A stretch of DNA of 64,000 bases from Octopus sinensis (lineage: Eukaryota), in contig NC_042999.1 of NCBI RefSeq assembly GCF_006345805.1, positions 71,176,001 to 71,240,000 of the forward strand, written 5' to 3'. The notes beneath the pieces were generated by a model. It ran no database searches, was not told the DNA's origin, and worked only from the letters and a program-made list of their open reading frames with translations. Both the position numbers and the translations under genes were made by a program. Below, in pieces: positions 13,601-26,705 of this stretch (the first letter of the stretch is position 1; each line of letters starts with the position of its first letter).

Positions 13601-14259
13601 TGGAACTGACAATCCACACTCTTCAAGATCGAGTCACTCATAGATTTTTGACGCAAATCAGTTATTTGTTGTATATGAGAGAAATATAGCGATTTTATAC
13701 ATGTTATCCATGCTATAGCATGTCATCTGTCTTGTCTGATTATGCCAGACTAACTAAGGAAAGTATTATAAGGCCTGGAGATCAGTACTTTCAGGCTGTA
13801 CAGCAATCTCCCGATTCTCATATTAGTGGATATGAGTGTAAGAAACGAGAGAGTGTAAGATTTTATGCAGCTCTCTCTTTCTCAATGTTTTTGTTCCTTT
13901 TCCTCAATAAAAACAGAAATAGAAAAGGCGACAGAAGGAAAATAAACAGTAGTGAGAGGTCACAAACCAAGAAGTGAGACTAATGAGACTGATGGTGAAC
14001 TACTTGTGTTTACAACTTGTGTCAAGATGGAAAAATCCACATTCAAACCCACGCTGTCATTGAGAGTAAGACTGTGAGGCAAAAGATTAAAAGATTGACA
14101 GATCTACAATAAAGGGTCAAGTAGTCTCTCATGCGAGAAACTTCAAGGAAAACTATTTTTTCCGAATGACATGTCATCCATTGTTGGATCAATGCATTAG
14201 CTTTTTTCCCTCTCTGGAACCATGATTCATTTTGATAGACATCTAGTTTTACATGGTAG

Positions 14260-14302
<43 letters not shown>

Positions 14303-14429
14303 GTGTGTATGTTATGTGTGTAGGCGCAATGCACATATACACACACATATGGAAATTTCTTTTTATATCATCAATTTGTAGTATTTTTCTGTTTGCATTC
14401 TTACCGGTTCTCTCAACTTATACATCCAT

Positions 14430-14510
<81 letters not shown>

Positions 14511-14513
<3 letters not shown>

Positions 14514-15780
14514 TTGGAAAAAGTAATGGAAACACCTTAAAATTTCAAACAAATTTATTTTAATATGGGGTAGGACCGCCTTTGGCATTAATTACAGCTT
14601 CGATTCTACGAGGTATGTACTCGTACAAAGTTTAAATTGTTTCCAAAGGAATTTTTGTCCGTTTATACAGCTAAAACAGTCTCCAGTTCTTGTAGTGATG
14701 ATGGTGGAGGATATCGACTCCTTACTCGTTTTTCTAAAATGCGCCATAAATGTTCAATAATTTTGAGATCTGGGCACTGTGGTGGCCAGATAAGATATTC
14801 ACTTTTACTAGAATGTTCCTCGAGCCATTCAGTAATAAATTTAGCTGTGTGAATTTGTGCATTATCATCCTGAAGGATTGCAGTTCCGCTGCCATAGGAT
14901 GAATTTGATCAAATAAAATGCTTAAACAGTCTTCACTATTAATTCTGCCATGAAGAAAACCATTGGGCCGGCGGATTTCCAAGATATAACCCCCCAGATC
15001 ATTGCAGATCCTCCTCCATGTTTAACAGTTGGAAGCAGGCAGCCTGGGTCAAATGCTTCTTTTGGCTGTCTCCACACGTATACTCGGCCGGTAGTCGGAA
15101 ATAAGGCAAGGATGACTCGTCCGAGAAAATAACATCCTTCCAATGCTCTACGGACCAATTCTGTAGGTTTTACTCCACTCTAAACGCTTTGCAACATTCG
15201 TTTTTGAAAGTAGTGGTTTTCTGATTGCAGCCCTCCCGTGAAATCCGACTCTGTGCAGCTCCCGGCGAACAGTTTTTGTGGAAACTGGGTTCTCGAGGTG
15301 GTCATTAAGCTCTGCAGTAATTTTATTTTTTTTTGGGGGGGGGCTGTACTTTTGTGATCTTTTCTAACAATTCGCGTAAGAGTCCAACGGTCCCTATCTA
15401 AAAGTTTTGGTTTTCTTCCGGAGTTTTGTTTCGACGAGGAGGTTTTTCTTTTTTTCTCAAAGGCTGTCATTACTTTCGAGACAGAACTTCTTGATTCACC
15501 ACACATTTCGGCTGATTTTGTTACGCTAGCGCCTGCCATACGAACACCAGCAATTTGATCTCTTTGCAAGTCAGATAGATCTGTCATTTTAATGAATTTT
15601 AATTTACCTTTTTCTGATGATATCTGAAAAGAAACAGCAATTTTAGCAAAACATATTAAGCAACCCTAATAATAGATAAAAAAAAAACATAAAAATAAAC
15701 AAGCTTGTGACGGTTTTATAGATATTTCAAAATTATGATACTATGATGCTAGCCGTTTACATTATTTTGTCCAACCCCTG
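14511..15780 (-). mobile_element. Tc1-family (DD34E) transposon with frameshifted transposase
   Basis: MTDLSDLQRDQIAG..HTH..NSGRKPKL; VIFSDES, QDDNAQIH, WPPQCPDLKIIEHLW; TIR CAGGGGTTGGACAAAATAATG with TA at the right end, eroded TIR in (TA)n at the left. Confidence 0.9.
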
Positions 15781-15784
15781 TATC

Positions 15785-15862
<78 letters not shown>

Positions 15863-15934
15863 TATCTGTCTATCTTCTCAATGTTTGCAGAGTCCAGAAT
15901 GAAGTTTCAATGGTCATGCATTTTAAGTTACCAA

Positions 15935-16445
15935 CAAATGTGAAAGTTCTGGGAGTCGTCAGCAACGACGGAGATGTTACACTGCCTACACAGAAAGTTG
16001 TGAGGCCCTGGGTAGTTAGAATATGTAAGGAAGCCCGTTTTCCAACAAGTCTCTGCGCTGTTCTATAACACTAGGACAACCCAAGCGTGGATTTATGCCA
16101 ATCTTCATGATCATGTTCTCTCAAACTCATATCCTCATAGTTCACCAGATCTCAGTCCACTGGACTGTTAGGCATAGGGCGCAGCCAAGAGAGAGTGAGA
16201 CAGAGAGAAATAGAGAAAGAGAGAAAGAGAGAGAGAGATGTTAATCACCCCCACCTGTAACACGATGCAATCTCTCAGGTTCATCTTAACCAGTATTATG
16301 TCTAAAATTGACAAAGATCCTCTGAGTCGTGTATGTCAATGCTTTCGACTCCGTATTGAAGCAACTATTAATGCTAACGGTGGATCCATTAAATAGGTGT
16401 GATACCAACTTTCTCAAGATTATTTGTACCAATTTGTTTTCAACT
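15935..16445 (+). mobile_element. Decayed Tc1/mariner (maT/DD37D-like) fragment
   Basis: VKVLGVVSNDGDV and SSPDLSPLD motifs; interrupted by a GA repeat. Confidence 0.55.
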
Positions 16446-16545
16446 ACAACTTCTCGTTGGTGAGATATGCGCCATTTTTATAATTCATACAAAGATCTAA
16501 AATGCTGATCTACCTTGTATATATACACAAATACATACTTACATA

Positions 16546-17720
16546 CAAGGGTCGGCAGAAAAATTCATAGACTAACCAAGATACTCTCATAGAATGTGAC
16601 CAAATGAGGCCAATCTCCCTCTTGGGCTTCACGTACTTATTCCATTGGATCCCATTGGTGAAGAAGCTTTCATCCTGTTATAAACAGCACATATGACATC
16701 ATCATCAATGCAATACTGGTTCTCAGCCAAGTGTGTTTTCATGTGGTGCAGCAGATGATAGATAGAGCCAAATCAGAAGCATACTAGTTGAAAGCCACAG
16801 TCACACACAACAACCATTGAAACCAAGACTTTGTGTATTGAAGCATCATCCCGATGAAACAGGACCCCCTTTAGTCAGTTTTTCTGGGCATTTCGTCTTC
16901 ATAGCCTGTTGGTAATTGCCTGAACAAGTTGGTATAGCACTCCCCATTAATGATGTGGCCCTTTTCAAGATAGTCAATAATCACATTGCTTTTTGCATCC
17001 CCAAAAACTGAGGCCATCACCTTCCCAGTAAATGAAACGACCTTGGCTTTTTTGGAGTAGGTAAAGAGAAGTGTTTCCACTGCATAGATTGTCTCTTTGT
17101 CTCTGTCTCAAAGTGGTTAACCCAACACTCGTCTTGGGTTAAGAAACGTTGAAGGAAACCAGCTGGATCTACATCAACAATGTTAGATTTTCCTGTGATG
17201 TGACCAACCTGGTGTGCTTTTGATCAGGTGTCAGAAGACATGGCACCAAGTTCATTGCGAAGAGTATTTTCAATATTCTCACAGGATATGCAGTGGCTAC
17301 TTGTTTTATAATCAATCACATGTTATCCATTACCATGTGGTGAACACGATCAATGTTTTCCTCTGTGATGGCATTTCCTGTAGGTCCAGGCTTTGTGTCA
17401 CATTCTAGATCCTCCTTTACTTTCCTAAATTCAGCTGCATACTTTTGCGCTGTTGATAAAGCTGGATTGTCATTTCCTAATGTATTAACCATATCAGCAT
17501 GAATGTCCTTGGCTGCCAAAACGTTTTTTTTGCAGGCACTTGACAGCACCTTGATGCTAAATTTTTTCCATTTCCAAGAGCAGTAACTACTTGTTACTTC
17601 TGAAGTCTTCTTTGAACAGTCAGATGTCAGTTTAGCTAGAAAGAAACAATGCAGCTATGAACAAATGTTGAAATTAATGTTCTTTGATAATCGGCCTATG
17701 AAGTTTGCAGCCTACCCACG
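16546..17720 (-). mobile_element. Degenerate mariner transposon, full span
   Basis: TA-flanked imperfect TIRs (CAAGGGTCGGCAGAAAAATTCATAG / CTATGAAGTTTGCAGCCTACCCACG); KAKVVSFTGKVMASVFGDAK..IDYLEKGHIINGECY transposase remnants. Confidence 0.85.
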
Positions 17721-17947
17721 TACATGTATATATGTATATATATGTTTATATGTGTATGCACGCCTGTATTACATACGTGGGTGTGCATGTGTGTAAATAT
17801 CATGTGTATGTATGTGTGTATGAGAGAGAGAGAGACGGAGCGAGCGAATCAGAGAGAGAGGAGGAGAGAGGGGAGAGAAGGAGCGAGCGAGCGGTAGAGG
17901 AAGAGAGAAATAGATATATATAGTGAGATAGAGATAGATAGATAGAG

Positions 17948-18024
<77 letters not shown>

Positions 18025-19512
18025 GTGTGTGTTTTATGTGTTTAAGTCTAAATTTAACAGTGTAATGCTTCGTTATTACGAATGCCTCTTGCCCTGTCAT
18101 TATCGAAATAAGTTGGCAACTGTTCAGAACACCAGCCAATTTATAGTTGCATATACAGGTTTTGGACATAACTTGTAGATGTCGATTGCTTATTTCACTG
18201 CTACAGATCTCCGTTCAAATAGGTGTAACTAGGTGTTAATCATCATTATCAACAAGAGCAACAACAACAATAACAATAGAAAACAACCACGGAATTCGAA
18301 ACTTGATAAACCTGCGACATTTGTTTTTGTATGTTGCGTGCATATTTACAATATGACAGATTACTTAGTGCACACAAATGTTTAGTTCGCTTGAATTTCG
18401 ATGAAAGTAAAATAAAATTATCTTCTATCTTTCCGAAGACTTTCAACTTCCTTTCCTTGATGTTTTTCCCCTTCTTCTGTGGAACGATCTTTATGATAAT
18501 GAGATGTGTGAAGATACATACAGATATGTTATAATAAAATGTTCGACATTTTCAATGCATAATAGTTTTTCGGAACTAAAATCAACTATTTTCTCTATAT
18601 GAAATTGATATTTTTTAGAATATTTTTCACATCTTTTCTCACAGATGTTTTGATGTTATCATCTAGTTAAGAATATTTGTTGATAGAAAGCGGGCCAGTC
18701 TGCTGGTCAAAAGTCAATAGTTCCCATCTCGTTATAAATGGTAGTATGTATCAAATCGATAAGAATAATTATTCAAGTTTGCGTATAGGTCCCATGGTTA
18801 GGTATAGGGAACCATTGTAACCATGGAATTAATTCTGTTTTCCGCCGGGTACTTTAATGCAGGAAACATAAAAATCTCGGATATAAATGACTGTGCAATA
18901 AGGAAAACATACAATAACTCAATGACGATTTTATCTCGATTTTATTTTAAATTTCCTGGGAAGTACAAATGAAAGTTTTCGTCAATTTTACCGAAGCATG
19001 AACTTTACGGTACTTGTCAAAATAGTAACGTATGAGTCCTGGAGTAAATATAAAATAATATATATTTTTTAGCGTAAGACTACAAATATTCATTCAGAGA
19101 CACCACAATGTTATTGCATAAAATAATTGCAAAAATTTTTATTTCTGGAAAACATAACAGTTTGACTACACGAATAGGCACCAACACCTTAGCTAATTTT
19201 CAAACATTATTTGAAGCCTTATTCAAAAACACTTCAAAAACTTCCAACAACAAACTTTATCTTGATGTAATATTATAAAATATGCTGTAAAATGTGTTTG
19301 TATATTCATTGGAGAACAGCAACAAGAAACATGGAATGTATTTTGAAATTGTATCAGATATAGACAACGATATAATTGGACCACAATTTCCCAAAACTGT
19401 GAGACAGAACAGAAATAATGGAAGTTATACCTTCTACTTGAGCATTGTGAGGCCAGACTGCTATATAAGTTAGCTTACCTATAATGATGTCTCTCTCTTT
19501 CCTTCTCTCTCT

Positions 19513-19579
<67 letters not shown>

Positions 19580-19585
<6 letters not shown>

Positions 19586-20090
19586 TTATAAAACCAAAGA
19601 GTACTCGATACTTGGAAATGGGATAAACATTCTTTTTACAAGAATTTATGTTGACTTTCATCTAAACAATATTTCGTGCCGGTGGAAATCAGTAATTATG
19701 CAACAAGAATTCAAATCATAAAAGATACACTGCCATTACAGTTCGTGAGGGATTATTTGTGATTTAGTTTGTGTTTGAATAATAAATGATTTTGGCATAT
19801 ACATAGATGTATAAGGGGTAAACAGTTCTGGATACTATGTTGGATACGATGGGTGTTCGTCTGGTATGTTGATTTTGTTCATTCATTTTAAATCTTGAAT
19901 TATGCTTGCACTGACGAGTAAAGAGTGCTTACCACTGCACTGATTACGAAATCACAGGTGATATACAGCTGAATTCTGTTTTTAAATGACTTGCTTCGAG
20001 AGTTGCATTCGTTACGATATGTTTATTCTAGTAGTTTTGACTTTAAGAGTCCCTCCTAGCGTGTGGCATTTATGTGTAATAATACCCTCT
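19580..20090 (+). mobile_element. Penelope-like element family 3, decayed 3' end/pLTR
   Basis: Between two TA-rich runs; contains an intact hammerhead core; weak C-terminal peptide trace (KEYSILGNG..QQEFKS). Confidence 0.45.
19897..19976 (+). ncRNA. Type I hammerhead ribozyme with intact catalytic core
   Basis: CTGACGA (19911-17); stem II GTAA/TTAC + AGTGC/GCACT; GAAA (19948-51); stem III ATCAC/GTGAT; AUA cleavage site after 19963; stem I partly mismatched. Confidence 0.75.
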
Positions 20091-20200
20091 ATATAATATA
20101 AATAAATATATTTAAGTGAAAAAATTGGTGGACTTTTTCTCTTATGCGAAACTACTTGATAAATTCTTATGAAGATTTTATCCTACTTTTAAATAGTGTT

Positions 20201-20234
<34 letters not shown>

Positions 20235-20539
20235 TGTATGTATGTATGTATGTATGTATGTATGTATGTATGTATATATATCGCTAGTAAACCTTTTTTA
20301 TAGTCTCTCTCTGTGTTCTTTTCTGTTGAAGAGCGTAAATCGAAACGTAAAAGACTTTCTCACTTCCTGAACGTTAAACTAATACATCTGTTTGTTCCTT
20401 ACACACCCATCTTCGTTTTTTGTTTGTTTGTTTATTTTGTAAATTACAACTATATATATGTATATATGCGTGCAGACACACACATATATGCCGACATCTA
20501 TCTATTTATGTATGTATGTATGTATGTAAGTATGTATGA

Positions 20540-21382
20540 AATACACTTGAAAAAGACGTGCCCAACCAATGCACACCAAGAGCAACAACAACAACCACTA
20601 CCACAACCAAAACACTCCGGAAAAAAAGCTCTACTACCCACACCACCATCAAAACAGAAGACGACAAGAGAAGCACACCAAGCTAACCCGTCAACAACCA
20701 AAAATTACTCAACACCTGAGAAAATACCAACACCACAAACAACAGCAAGAACCAAAGGAACAGAAAAACAAAGAAAATACACAAAAACTGATTCCCCATC
20801 CCTCATACCGCACTCATCACACACAGACACTCAACAACCAACAGCAACGAAAACAACAGCACAACCACTTACACAGACATACATAGAAGCCTACAACATA
20901 CTGATTCCCCAGAAATTTCGTCGGAAGACGAAACCAGTGAGAAATGGCAAATAACTACATAAAGAAGGAAAATAAAGAGCAGAAACACAACCAAACCAAA
21001 TGCAAACACAAACAAAGCAGGGGGAAATACATCTCCCGAAGACATTTCAAAACCCAACACAAACAACAGTCACACCAACATCACAAAAATATATACAGCA
21101 AACATGCTCACAGCTATAGACACCAAAAACACAAATTTGATGGAATACATCAAATCAAAAACAAACATAACAGAAGATGACATAGAAACAAACAATCACC
21201 CATACACAACACCACCAGACCACATCAAAATATTACACATCTCCAAAAGTCTGCACCACACACTCAAAGGCATTTTCCCCAGTGCGGTTGGTAAATGCCA
21301 AAAATATCTCACAAAGAAACTGTACTGGGATCTCCTCGAGGACAAACCAAACGAGGAGAAAGCAAAAACTTTCGAGCAGTAA
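20540..21382 (+). mobile_element. A/C-rich ORF1-like retroelement sequence upstream of the Tx1 ORF2 (frameshifted)
   Basis: Overlapping open frames of low-complexity P/T/Q/K-rich peptide ending 44 nt before ORF2; composition shifts near 21265. Confidence 0.4.
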
Positions 21383-23940
21383 GTAACCCTCTGTTCCTTT
21401 CACTTGTATTCTAATTCATTAGGATTATGATCAAGATTGGTTGTGTAAATGCGCGTGGCTTGGGGTCCCCTTGGAAACAAGGGTACCTCTTAAATGACAT
21501 AAAGTCACATAAGTTAGAAATCATAGCCATAAGTGAGACCAGACTCCACAATCCGCGGGCCCTAAAGACCATGTTTGGCGGACAGTTCAACATTTATTTT
21601 CCCCCCTGTCTTCCAAGAATGGGCGGTAGTGGCACCGCGGTACTTTTTCGCAAGAGTCTGGATCTCAAAGTAAAGACAATATTCGTAGACACGGAGGGTA
21701 GACTGGTTGTCCTGGATGTCGATGGCAGCAATGGGTGCGCTTTTCGACTCCTATCAGTCTACGCACCGCCCTTAACAGGTCGGGCGGATTTCTTTCAACG
21801 TCTAGAAGTATTCTTGGGAACGTCTCGTCCTTTACTCTTAGTGGGGGATTGGAATGCTACCTTGGACACGCATGTAGACTACGTGGGTAGAGATAGGAAT
21901 AGACGGGGATGCAAATGCCTCAGAGACCTGCTCAGACGCTTTCAACTGTCTGACAGGGTCCGAATAGACCACCCAAATGCGCCAACGTGGACATGGAGCA
22001 ACCGCATCGGGTCGTCGAGATCGTATCTAGATAGGATACTGTGTAGGATAGTAGATAGTGAGAGCGTAGGATGTCCACAATTCCACATAGTCAGCTACAT
22101 GGATCACAAACTTGTAACATGTACGCTAGACTTAGGTAAGACACTTAGGCAGGGTCCCGGATACTGGAAACTAAACGCGTCTTTCCCATCGAGACAGGTT
22201 TTCAGAGACCGGATTAGCACACTAGTAAAGAAGACTTTAACGGGAGCCATCATCAACAACAAATGGTGGTTTGCCCTCAAGAGAACAGTAAAAGCAGAAA
22301 CGATTAGGTACAGCAAAGCACTAGCCATAGATAGAAATAGAGTAGAGGGTGAACTAGTTAAGAAGCTAGAAGAGGCAATTAAAAGCGGCATCGCATCCAA
22401 CGTTTTGGCGGCGAGGTTGGCCCTCGACCAACACTTCAACGCCAAACACGAAGGGTGTGCTGTCAGAGCTAGGATGCGTGCTCTAAGGAACGAAGGTGTT
22501 GGAGCTGCGAGAGAGTCCCGGGTGGCAGAGGCGCAACAGGGCAACAAAGCCGCCATTCGGTCTCTGGTAGATGAACAGGGGCGCGAATTGCTCGAGCCAA
22601 GTAAAATGTGTGAGGCCTTTCAACAGCATTTTGCCCAACTGTTCGGGACGAGTGGCGGGCAAGAACGTAGGGTGGACTTCAGTGCCTACCTACACAGCCT
22701 ACCACGATTCTCGACAAGAGAGGCAGGGTGCTGCGAAGGTGCCATCACGGCGGCGGAAGTACAGGACTCGATGGCAGAATGCTCGAGGGACAAATCACCG
22801 GGTTTGGATTGTCTACCCTACGAGCTTTACAATTGTATGCCAGACTTGTTTGGAGATGTCTTGGCGGCGGTGTACTGCAACTGGCAGCAAAACGGGAGCA
22901 TTCCTGGTTTTGTGAGCCGAGGAGCCGTAACACAGCTGAAGAAAGATCTAAACAAGGGAAATGTAATAGATAACTTTAGGTCCATCACTCTGCTTAATGC
23001 AGACTTGATAATTTTGGCCAAGGTGCTAGCCAAGAGGTTGGCACTTGTCATCGAGAAACTGGTCGACAAGGCGCAAACATGCGCCGTGCCGGGCCGGACC
23101 ATCCATGACAACCTCCACCTGATGCGCTACATCATAGACAGGGTAGTTAACGAACCTGGCATGGGTGGGGCGCTGATCAATTTGGATCAATCGAAAGCTT
23201 TCGATAGGGTGGACCATCGATACTTGGAGGCAGTCCTCAGAGCAGCTGGCTTCGGTCCTGTCTAGCCTGGCAGTGCTACCGAGAAGCGCTACCCGTTCGG
23301 GATAAGCTCTACAGACACGGCTCGAGAAACACGGGGCCGACCTGCCCGAGATGCGGTCAGAGCGACGAAACCGTTCTGCACGCACTCGTGCAGTGTCCAA
23401 CAATTTCCGACCTGTGGGCTTATGTCGAACAACTGCTGTCACGTGTGGGACGAGTCGGTTTATCAGCTGAGTCTATCGTCAATATTGTCACGCCTCCTTC
23501 CTTCAAACGGGAAGGAAGAGTTATTTTCATCATCCTTGTGGCTATGGCGAAAGAATGTATCTGGTGGACGCGTCCGAAAGGATTGGAGACAAACACTTTC
23601 CTCTCTGGTCAATCTCTCATCAACTTCTTTCCCCTTTACACCATACATCATAACACTGTGATACACGATCCCTATTGATCATTTTTTTCCTCTTCTCCTT
23701 TCCCCCCCTTTTTTCATCTTTTTTTCATTTCTCTTTTCTTTTGTTCCTTTTCCTTTTTTTCTTTCTTTTCTTTTTTTGTATTTTTTGTTCTTTTTTTCCC
23801 TTTTACGATCCCTTTTGATCGAAAACCTACGCCACCTTTTTTTTTGTCTCTTTTGTTTTTTTTTTTAATCCCCCAAAAGAAAAGCTCTACCTTGTAACTT
23901 GTCCCATCTGTGTGCAGCCCTGTGTGGCCAATAAAGAAAC

Positions 23941-23941
<1 letters not shown>
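21270..23941 (+). mobile_element. L1/Tx1-clade non-LTR retrotransposon with RT core deleted
   Basis: ORF2 fused to C-terminal AWQCYREALPVRDKL..CPRCGQSDETVLHALVQCP zinc finger; T-rich 3' UTR; AATAAA immediately followed by (TATC)n. Confidence 0.85.
21427..23265 (+). pseudogene. L1/Tx1-clade ORF2: apurinic endonuclease + N-terminal RT, truncated by internal deletion
   Basis: NARGL, SETR, GDWNA, YLDRI, DHKLV, GYWKLN, KSPGLD, RSITLLNAD, LDQSKAFDRVDH motifs. Confidence 0.9.

Positions 23942-24025
<84 letters not shown>
23942..24025. repeat. (TATC)n microsatellite
   Basis: Direct reading. Confidence 0.95.
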
Positions 24026-24099
24026 CTTCTCTCTCTATCAATACGTGTGTGTGTGTGGGTTTGTTTATTTGCTCACATTAGTACATTCATGTATTTATA

Positions 24100-24501
24100 C
24101 TCTTTTACTCTTTTACTCTTTTACTTGTTTCAGTCATTTGACTGCGGCCATGCTGGAGCACCGCCTTTAGTCGAGCAAATCGACCCCGGGACTTATTCTT
24201 TGTAAGCCCAGTACTTATTCTATCGGTCTTTTTTGCCGAACCGCTAAGTGACGGGGACGTAAACACACCAGCATCGGTTGTCAAGCAATGTTAGGGGGAC
24301 AAACAAAGACACACAAATATATATCACACACACACACTTATATATATATATACATATATACGACAGGCTTCTTTCAGTTTCCGTCTACCAAATCCACTCA
24401 CAAGGCATTGGTCGGCCCGAGGCTATAGCAGAAGACACTTGCCCAAGATGCCACGCAGTGGGACTGAACCCGGAACCATGTGGTTGGTTAGCAAGCTACT
24501 T
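24100..24501 (-). mobile_element. tRNA-derived CORE-like SINE (family A), body; head displaced to 26706-26743
   Basis: B-box GGTTCAGTCCC, CORE-like CTTGGGCAAGTGTCTTCT, internal CA/TA tract; homologous to 28140-28520 and 57553-57935. Confidence 0.9.
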
Positions 24502-26705
24502 TATTTCAAAACATTTGCCATAAAGGCAGTACACAGATTAAGTTAGCTTTGCGGGCTGGACGAGGACATTAATGAAGTGAATGATAATGAAAGAAAGATG
24601 ATAAGGATGGGAGAAGACAAAAAGCGCCCGCCGACTTTCGCTTCTCTAAAACATTGTTCTTTTTAAGGATAAACACAAAACGAGGTATTAAACCTCTTAC
24701 AATTTTTCCAATTTTTGGATTTAGCAGTCCATTATTAATAAAAATAAACACAAAACGAGGTATTAAACCTCTTACAATTTTTCAATTTTTGAACTTAGCA
24801 GTCCATTACTAATAATAACAGTTCAATAATTACATATCGTCCTCGAAGTCACTTGTGCCCGCGCCCTCCACCATCAACCACGCCTCCCTCAGAACGTAAT
24901 CAAGTTCCGAGTCAGCGTCGCCCGGGACCAAGTTATAGTCTCCCTTGAGCTCCTTTAGCCCAAGCGTCACGTCGAACGTCACGGCCTCCACAGCTACCTG
25001 CGGAGGCCATTCGGGGTCCTGTGTGAAGGCTAAAGGTGCTCCCTTGTGATGCTCTTCCATCACTTTTTCAATTTCTCCTCCTCTATAGAAGAGGACCAAT
25101 ACGTTCAGTTCTTTCGGTGGCGGCACAGTTCCCGCCAACGGTATTCCTTCTCTTGTCGGTGGCACAACCCCAAGCGACGTAGTTCCGGGACATTCCGGTG
25201 CTACACTGACAGTCGGTAATGTCCCGTTTTTCTTCCTCTTTTTCTTTTTTTTTTCCCTTTTCAACTGAGGGAGGGTGCGTCTACTCCGTGGCTGGAAGAT
25301 TCGCCTTCCTCTCTTCATCCCTATTATCCTTTGGTGAGCACCCATTGTTGCTCACCTTCCTCTTTCGGCCTCTGTTTGAGGAGTCCTCTGCTTTCTCGGC
25401 CGTTATCATTCCCTCTTCTAGAGGGGTTTTACTTAACTGTTCCGGGATCCTATTTTGTTCCTGGGGCCAGTTCTTCTTTATGTGGCCGGACTCCAAGCAC
25501 CGATGACACTTAGGGGAGCGACCCTCAAGCATCACCGGGTACCTGCACCCGGCCATTTTCAAAAAATCTGGAAGAACCAGATTGGCTGATTGGGTCCACA
25601 GGGTCAAAATTGCTTTTGACCCAACCCAAGCAGCCGCAGGAAGAACTTTTACATTAAGGAGCTTAGTTTCGCTGCCACCCAGACCCCGGCGGATAGTCTC
25701 CTCTATCCACTCGGGTTCTATGTCGGGTGGCAGGCCGCAAATCCAAGCTTTCATCAATTTCTTTTTTTTGTACGTGGGCAGGAATAAGATTTCCTTACCC
25801 TCCAGGGGTTTGCTAGCAAATTTGCAAGCCTCTTCAGGGGTGTCAAATAGCAACCACACCGTTTGCATATTTGACACCCCTGGAAATGAATTTAATTGTT
25901 GGCAAATACTCTTCCAACTCCTTTTCAATTGCCGTCTTTTCGAATAGGGCGATGGTGTCGAGTGCCTTGGAGTAGGTTCTCAACACCACCGTCCTATCTT
26001 CACGGTCTTTTAACCACTTTTTAGGCGGTATGATCTCCCATTCCAAAAGTTTGTTATTTTTCGTTGTCATGTTTTGTTTTTTTTTGTTTCTTTTTTGTTT
26101 TTTTTTTAAATGTATTCAGAATAAAACTAAAAAACGAGAAGAAAAGGAAATCCGAAGAAAGTCACAGTGAAAAAAGGAGAGAGTCAAATAAAGTTAAAAA
26201 GAAAGTCAAATAAAGTTAAAAAGAAAGTCAATAACACAGCAAAAACCTTCTGGCCATTTGGTACTCCCGGCCTAAATTGAACCAGGAACGCACAACTTCC
26301 ACATAAATTGGTGTAAAATTGGTAAAACTTGTTCAAACTTCGGAGGCAAAATACTCCCCTATATAGCAGTTTTCACAAAAAGTTCTTTACAGCACAATAC
26401 AATTCTCACAATTACGTGAAAAAAATATTCACTCAATTTATCGAAGACGGATACGCCCCTCCACTGTTTTTTTTCAATGAACACAAAAACGGCAGCCGCC
26501 GAGAGCAGGGGAAATTGTCTCAGAGTTGGACACAACTTACTGAAATAATAATTGGCACGCAATAAATTATGCCCAACTCACAATAAACAAAATCACTTAC
26601 CTCGACAACTTTCCGTTTTTGGTCTTTTTTCTTTAATTGGACGGAGCTGGTTGACTCGCGTCCACTCTGGCTGAACAGGAAGCAACTGACTAACTGCGCA
26701 TGTGT
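24502..26705 (-). mobile_element. ORF1-only L1/Tx1-type (HAL1-like) retroelement with 15-bp TSD
   Basis: Flanked by GTTAGCAAGCTACTT (24487-24501) and GTTAGCAAGCTGCTT (26706-26720); no ORF2 sequence; AATAAA at the 3' junction. Confidence 0.75.
24830..26070 (-). pseudogene. Gag-like ORF1 (RRM-like region + zinc knuckle), two frameshifts, ~410 aa
   Basis: Three overlapping frames; AWICGLPPDIEPEWI, LPDFLKMAGCRYPVMLEGRSPKCHRCLESGHIKKNWP (CCHC with last C to W). Confidence 0.7.
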
